Source: Octopus bimaculoides (Eukaryota). Taken from it: DNA of 43,882 nt. The position numbers and the translations under genes are program-made. Below, in pieces: positions 37,801-43,882 of this stretch (the stretch's first letter is position 1; each line of letters begins with the position of its first letter). The notes beneath the pieces are model-generated. The model was not told where the DNA came from, ran no database searches, and saw only the letters and a program-made list of their open reading frames with translations. Location of the stretch: assembly GCF_001194135.2 (NCBI RefSeq), contig NC_068989.1, forward strand, positions 19,880,090 through 19,923,971, read 5' to 3'.

Positions 37801-38583
37801 AAAATAAATTCTTAAATAATAGTTTGGACATAATGTCTTGGTGTCAAAATAAAAAAAGACATTTTTCTTTACTACAGTATGCTTTGGCTGTTTGTTAAAT
37901 AACCTCCTCTGGTCTTTTACCTTTTATTTTCTGTTTATTTTTACAAACTTTAGTCATCTACATAGTTGTTGTTATGATCACTTTGTTGTTTTTTACTGTG
38001 GACAATTTCAATTCATATCTTCCCTTACATTTCATTTTCTTTTGTTTAATTTGATACTCTATTGATTTAAAATTTTGAAGGAAAATTCACTTATAAAATG
38101 CTAATCATCCTGGATTGTTTGAATTTAGTATGATGGTAAATAGCTTAGTACTACTATAATCATTTATCTTACTCTCCCTCTCTCCCCCATCATTCAAATT
38201 GTATGGAATTAAAGCTGGAAATGATAAAAAAAAAGCATCATTACTTGACAGTCATGTGTGACCAATATTTACAGAAATATCTGATGTGTTCTTTGGTCAA
38301 ACCAGTTTCAAAGAATAATTAAAAAAAAAATTAGCAAGTATTATCCTGTCTATCTCCTGGTCGGTGATATGATGTTGATAAATGTGTAATTTGCAGATCA
38401 ACTCAGCTAACCTGTTTGGTAAGACAAAGCAGGTTGAACTGGCATGAAAATTATGTTGTCTTGATCATTGATTAAATGAAATGTTTTATCCTTATTACAA
38501 TAAGATCATCATGTCATGTCCCAGAAAATTTAAGATATATTAACTTGAAGCTGTTATTAATGACTTGATTTATTTGTATTTAG

Positions 38584-38659
38584 GATGCACACAATTGCTT
38601 GGCAGAGTTTGATGAAGAAACCAGCACAGCTATGTTGGCAGTTTATGATGGCCATGGAG
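38584..38659 (+). CDS. PPM1G: PPM1G coding exon 2
   Basis: TAG acceptor, DAHNCLAEFDEETSTAMLAVYDGHG plus one G (76 nt, phase 0/1), GTATAA donor. Contains the metal-binding (E)DAH and DGHG motifs. Confidence 0.94.
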
Positions 38660-40469
38660 GTATAAATATTTTATAGTATCATTTGGTTGAATATGCAAAA
38701 GTGATTTTATATGAGAACATCTTGCTGCAGTCTCAATACATTTCTCCTTCTGAACTTGCCTCTCACCCACTCCTCACTTCATTCTAGATGCCATGGATGA
38801 CAACTTCAAGAGAGCCTCTATATGAACACTCACCTGTTAAAGATAACAGCCAAAAGTCCCTCATCACACTCTACTAATCTTAAAAAGGGGAAAATCACAT
38901 TGGGTAATGTGAGATTGGATGATCATGTCTGCTTAAATCAGAGTTGATCTTGGCTAAACAACAACAACTTTTTACCTAGGATTATGAAATTTAATAAAGA
39001 ACCCCTTTCTCTTTCTTCTTGTTAAAGCTATAGTACAAGAATTCAAGACTGGTTGCCTCTGGAAATAGTAATGGTAGAAGAGCTCAATAGAAGAAGCAGT
39101 GCAAATAATCCCAGTTTCCAAACTTTTAGAGTGATGAGATATTGAACATGGCATTTGCAAACAACTAATGCATAATATGCCCTTAGGCAAATTTTCTATA
39201 AGTGTAACATCGTAATCTTTGAAAGAACATTGTAATTCACACAGCTTTTCAAATTGCTGATCAAGTCAGAGAATCTCCAGCATTCAAAATTAGAATGTGA
39301 GGCTTTCGATAAGAATTTCTCTGTAGTCTGTTGAAGGAGTTTGAGAAATTACCAAACCTGAAAGGGCAGCACAAAATTCTTGAAGCCTTTGGGCTTGTTG
39401 TGTAAGGAGGAAAGACATTTAATAATAGATACCCTAATAAGGGAACCTTTACATCATTGTGCAACCAACTAGAAATCACACCTTGTCATCATCTCATCAT
39501 CATTTAATGACAAACTTTCCATGCAAATATTAGTTAGATGGGTTGACATGGTCTGGAATTGGTTCTTGTTTGGTGTTACTAGCCACTTTGTGTATGGCCA
39601 GAACAGCCATGCCTCTTGTTCTTTTTTATTTAGCATGGCTTCTTCAGTTTGATGTTCTTCCTAACACTTTGCAGAGTGTATGGGTTGCATGTTTTGTGGC
39701 ACCAGCACTAGAGAGGTTGCCATGTCTTTGACAAGACTAAAAGATCTCTCAGGACCCAAAATGTCTCCATACATCCACTAACCACTTTAGAGTGTACTAG
39801 GTACATTTTTCATGGAAACTGCATTCGAAAAGGGTATGTCTCTGCTAAACTAAGGGTTCTCTTGACTCCATCATCCCTCCATTTATCCAACACTTCACAT
39901 AATGCACTGGATGCATCTTATTGTAACATCAATACTTGTCAGGTTGCTTTGTTTCAGGATTCCCTACTCTACATTGTCTTGGTTCATTCAGAGCTAACAT
40001 GATCATTTGAATGTGCAGAAGAGAGGGCAATTGCAGAGGATGGACCAAGAAGGTACTGAAGGAGTCATGAGTAGTAATGGAAGTGTATAAAGATAGGAAT
40101 AGCATAGGATAAATAAATGGCTGTTACAAGATTGAAGGTAAAAAAGAGGGTAAGTGGTGGGTAGCTATATGAATGGTCAGTGAAAGGGAGAATATAATAG
40201 CTTTTATTATCCTTACTAATCTGATCTGAGGAAGAGGAATGATTTCCAGTGATATAGAAAGTGGACATTAAATGATGTTGATGAGTCCTTGATATATCAT
40301 TGTCGTATTTGTGTACAATATTTAGTATAAACTAGTCGTATATTGTACATTAAGTTCCCCCACTTCCTTGTCATGGTGTATATTGTGTGTTCTTCAGGGT
40401 GGTGGTTCTTAATTACTTCCATCTTGTTTTCCCTTTGTTACCTGCTTTCAGGCCTTGCTGAATTATTCA

Positions 40470-40930
40470 ACACCATGATACCATATTGCCCATAGTTTCA
40501 CTGTCTCTTCTTTCCTCCTGTAGTTGTTCATCTCAATGCTGTCTCTACCTTCCTGATGGTCTGGCTGCCACCAAATGTGACCAAACTAGTTATATTTTTC
40601 AATATGTTATTGTGTCTTGGAGATACTGTGATGATACTCTTCTTATGAATTGTTTCTAAGATTATGGTATGAAATTCTCTGGATTTTTCTGGAACATCTT
40701 TGGTGGAAAACATCTGTTTTAATTTTTCTCAGTTGCCTTCCGTGTTTCACTTGCATATAGTGCCATTAATAATACAATGGTATTAATGTTGATGTTCAGT
40801 GTATTCACAGATATAATACAGTCATTTTGTTTAAACAGTATGGGCAGATTTGGCTGCTGTTTCTGACATGTTGAGTGTCTACATGCAAGTTCCTTCACTA
40901 CTCCAAAATTGACATTACTGGTCAATTTTG
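40470..40930 (-). mobile_element. RTE-clade LINE fragment
   Basis: NTIVLLMALYASETRK and KLVTFGGSQTIRKVETALR-type degraded C-terminal motifs. Confidence 0.55.
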
Positions 40931-40980
40931 TTTGAGTAGATTTAATTACATAATTTGCATGTGTTAATATTAGCTTATTA

Positions 40981-41126
40981 CAGTCATGGGCAAACTATGC
41001 CCCTTGGGAATTTCTGAATGGTATGCCAGTGAAAAATTACCTTGAATTTTTTTTAATAGTGTAGCTTGCCTGATGGTAAACCATCTCTCATGCAGCCCAC
41101 TTCCCGAAAAAGGTTGCCCATGCTTG
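40981..41126. mobile_element. hAT-type MITE (146 bp)
   Basis: TIRs CAGTCATGGGCAAAC and GTTGCCCATGCTTG. 8-bp TSD GCTTATTA/CCTTATTA (7 of 8). Confidence 0.75.
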
Positions 41127-41211
41127 CCTTATTAAATGCTTATATGCAGAAGATGAAATCATTACTTAATATTGCCAGTTGTATTAAAATAGTATTTTAT
41201 TTTCCATCTAG

Positions 41212-41388
41212 GTTCTGAGGTGGCTGAGTATTGTGCTTTACACCTTCCTGATTATATAAAAAGTCTGCAGAGTTATAAAGATAACAATTTAAATTTAGCT
41301 CTGAAAGAAGCATTCCTTGGGTTTGATGCTACTTTAGTTACACCAGAAGTTGTCAAAGAGCTGAAAGCACTTGTTAATCTTGATAAAG
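41212..41388 (+). CDS. PPM1G: PPM1G coding exon 3 (gene continues right of the window)
   Basis: CTAG acceptor, (G)SEVAEYCALHLPDYIKSLQSYKDNNLNLALKEAFLGFDATLVTPEVVKELKALVNLDK (177 nt, phase 1/1), GTAAGT donor. Resembles human GEEVALYCAKYLPDIIK...DAKLTTEEVIKEL, which favours the PPM1G subfamily. Confidence 0.92.
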
Positions 41389-41469
41389 GTAAGTACAAGT
41401 TTTTTTTTTATATATATCTTTTACTTGTTTCAGTCATTGCTGGTGCACCATCTGGAAGGGTTTAGTGAA

Positions 41470-41860
41470 ACAAATCAACCCCAGTAATTGTATTTTTAAA
41501 ACCTGGTACTTAGTCTATCAGTCTCTTTTGCCTAGCTTCTATATTATGGGGCATAAACAAACCAACACCAGCGGTCAAGGAGAGAAGGACAAATACACAC
41601 ACACACACACACAGATATACATATTAGTCCAGCTTTGCCTTTCAAATCTTAAACAGCTCATTGTATATAAAATAATACATACTGGGATTCATGGTATAAA
41701 AGTTCAGGCTTCTGCACAATTTCTGGCTACCAGATTCATTCACAAGGCATTGGTTGGTTCAGAGCTATAACAGGAAACTTGCCCAAGGTGCTACATAGTG
41801 AGATTAAACCTGAAACCATGGGGTTGCAAAGTGGGTTTCTTAACCACACAACCATACTTA
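41470..41860 (-). mobile_element. Diverged SINE family A/F-related copy
   Basis: TTCACAAGGCATTGG...TTGCCCAAGGTGC...AACCACACAACCAT. Confidence 0.6.
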
Positions 41861-42604
41861 TTTAATTTTTAAAATTTCTTGAGTAAGTCACTACTCCTTC
41901 CTTACAGTTAAGTTGCTAGTTCACATTCATTAAGGTGGTGCATTGGCAGTGTTGTTAGAGCATCAGTTTGAATGCCTTGTGGTATTTGTTCTGATTCTCT
42001 GCGTTCTGAGCTCAGATCTCACTGAGTCAACTTAGCCTTTCATGCTTTCAGGGTTTTTTTCTTTTTGTAAAGAAACGTACCAATTATCAGAATGGTGGAT
42101 TGGCTGAATTATAAGAAAGGACTAGATGCCTTGGGATATTCTTACTCTCCATGGACTGAGTCAAATTCAGCCTGGGTACCCAAGAGGCATTCTTGCCAAC
42201 CCAAGCTTTGCATTCCAGTAAAACAAACCCGTGAAACAGAATAGCACTAAATTAAATGAAGCTAAGTGGAGTGCAGAGAAAGGTTCCTCCAGCTTGAAAG
42301 ATGTGCCCTGATGAATGAATGAATATAGGTGCTAATAATAATTGTTTCTCATTTACGCACAAGCTATTTTGAAGTGAGAGAATTAGTTGATTGCATTAAC
42401 CTGGCAGGTTTTGAAATCAGAATGTAAAACAGTTGGAATAGTATTGCAAGGCTTTTTTTTAAACGCTTTGTCAGCTGTGCCAGCAACTTAACCAATAATA
42501 TCGAAATCTGTAAACACTGCACTTTTCTTGTTAGTATAATCTTTTTTTTTTCTTTTTTCTGTTAATACTATTGGGATACTGGTTTCTTCTCTGGTTGTGT
42601 GTTC

Positions 42605-42892
42605 TAACTTTGTTTTAAACCAACTGTATCTTGCACAAATATTCTACCTGTCTTATGTTAAAGCCTATCAGATCTAGCCTCTTAGACCTAACCTACAATG
42701 ATATTCTAAAAATAAACTATAGGCACAAGAGTGGCTGTGTGGTAAGTAGCTTGCTTACCAACCACATGGTTCCGGGTTCAGACCCACTGCGTGGCACCTT
42801 GGGCAAGTGTCATCTACTATAGCCTCGGGCTGACCAAAGCCTTGTGAGTGGATTTGGTAGACGGAAACTGAAAGAAGCCCATCGCATATATG

Positions 42893-42933
<41 letters not shown>

Positions 42934-43439
42934 TTGTGTGTCTGTCCCCCCAACATCGCTTGACAACCGATGCTGGTGTTTATGTCCCTGTAACTTAGCG
43001 GTTCGGCAAAAGAGACCGATAGAATAAGTACTAGGCATCCAAAGAATAAGTCCTGAGGTCGATTTGCTCGACTAAAGACGGTGCTCCAGCATGGCCACAG
43101 TCAAATGACTGAAACAAGTAAAAGAGTAATACTCCATTGAAATCTTGAATCTACAGTATAATGCATGATTAATTGAAAACAGTATGAATAAATAAGTATT
43201 ACATTTGACAGTATTCTGAATGCTAAAGGGTTAATCTGTTAGCATTTAATCTGGCCATATCTCTTAAATATTCTACCTGTTTTATGTTCGGACTGGCTTC
43301 TCACACCTATCCTACAATGTCATTCCATAGATACGTAATCACATTGAAATGCTGAAGCTGTGAGATAATGCAGGATTAATTCAAAATGCTGTGAATGAAT
43401 AAGCATGACATTTGACAGAGTAACCTGAATGTTAAAGGG
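42605..43439. mobile_element. Two tandem family-2 piggyBac-like MITEs; the first is split by a SINE
   Basis: 5' half at about 42605-42720 and 3' half at about 43130-43230, ending AAAGGG|TTAA. The second copy, 43235-43439, also ends AAAGGG|TTAA. Both are homologous to 20837-21059. Confidence 0.7.
42721..43130 (+). mobile_element. Near full-length tRNA-derived SINE (family A)
   Basis: A-box-like GTGGCTGTGTGGT (42731), B-box GGTTCAGACCC (42775), CORE-like GGCACCTTGGGCAAGTG, a central (TA)n tract and a conserved 3' half. At least eight related copies occur in the window. Confidence 0.85.
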
Positions 43440-43882
43440 TTAATATCGTTGTACTTTTGTTAGTTTATCATGATAAACATAGCTGGTCTGCACTCTCACC
43501 AATGATTGACAATAGGAAAAGTTTATTTTCCCTCCTTCACCTGCACCAAAAATTTCTCAAAGAAAATTGTAAGTGCAGAAACATCACTAGACATATGTAG
43601 TATGTTATAGTTCTCTCTCTGTATTTCCAGGTGCTATATATATATATATATATATATATATAACTTTTATAAGTAATATTCTAAAAGAATATATAACTGA
43701 ACTTATGTTGAGTGCTCAATTATCTTGAGCAAATAAATGTGTATATATGTGTTTTTATATTATTAATAAATTAATAAACTCATCAATAATATATTCAGGA
43801 AATCAATGTTTAATATTTTGACTTTTGAAAGATATACATCCAACATAACATGGTAGCATAATAAATTTAAAAGTTTAAAACA

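Noticed and set aside
42731-42790. A/B-box sequences as tRNA genes
   Set aside because: These are SINE heads that continue into repeat bodies, with no cloverleaf.
1-43882. CRISPR array, operon or prokaryotic defence system
   Set aside because: There are no regularly spaced repeat-spacer units, and the DNA is intron-rich and eukaryotic.

Overview
AT-rich eukaryotic genomic scaffold with three N gaps. The repeat families suggest an octopod cephalopod (Octopus-like), which is my inference. There are no prokaryotic systems or CRISPR arrays. Two spliced genes sit head-to-head with about 650 bp between their start codons. On the minus strand are the first four coding exons of the pseudokinase NRBP (NRBP1/Madm family): 31916-31791, 15277-15155, 6024-5923 and 3826-3737; the gene continues beyond the left edge. 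On the plus strand are the first three coding exons of the PP2C phosphatase PPM1G: 32568-32678, 38584-38659 and 41212-41388; this gene continues beyond the right edge. All splice sites are GT-AG and the reading frames join cleanly. As I recall, human PPM1G and NRBP1 are also divergent neighbours at 2p23.3, so this may be an ancient linked pair. The introns are full of mobile DNA: a decayed mariner, an apparently complete 965-bp non-autonomous Helitron, the 3' end of a Hero-like non-LTR element, RTE LINE fragments, hAT and piggyBac-like MITEs with TSDs, several SINE families, and several strong fold-back structures that would form dsRNA in the pre-mRNA. Apart from the exon-containing ORFs and the transposon-derived ones, the supplied ORF track is mostly noise from microsatellites, SINEs and N runs.
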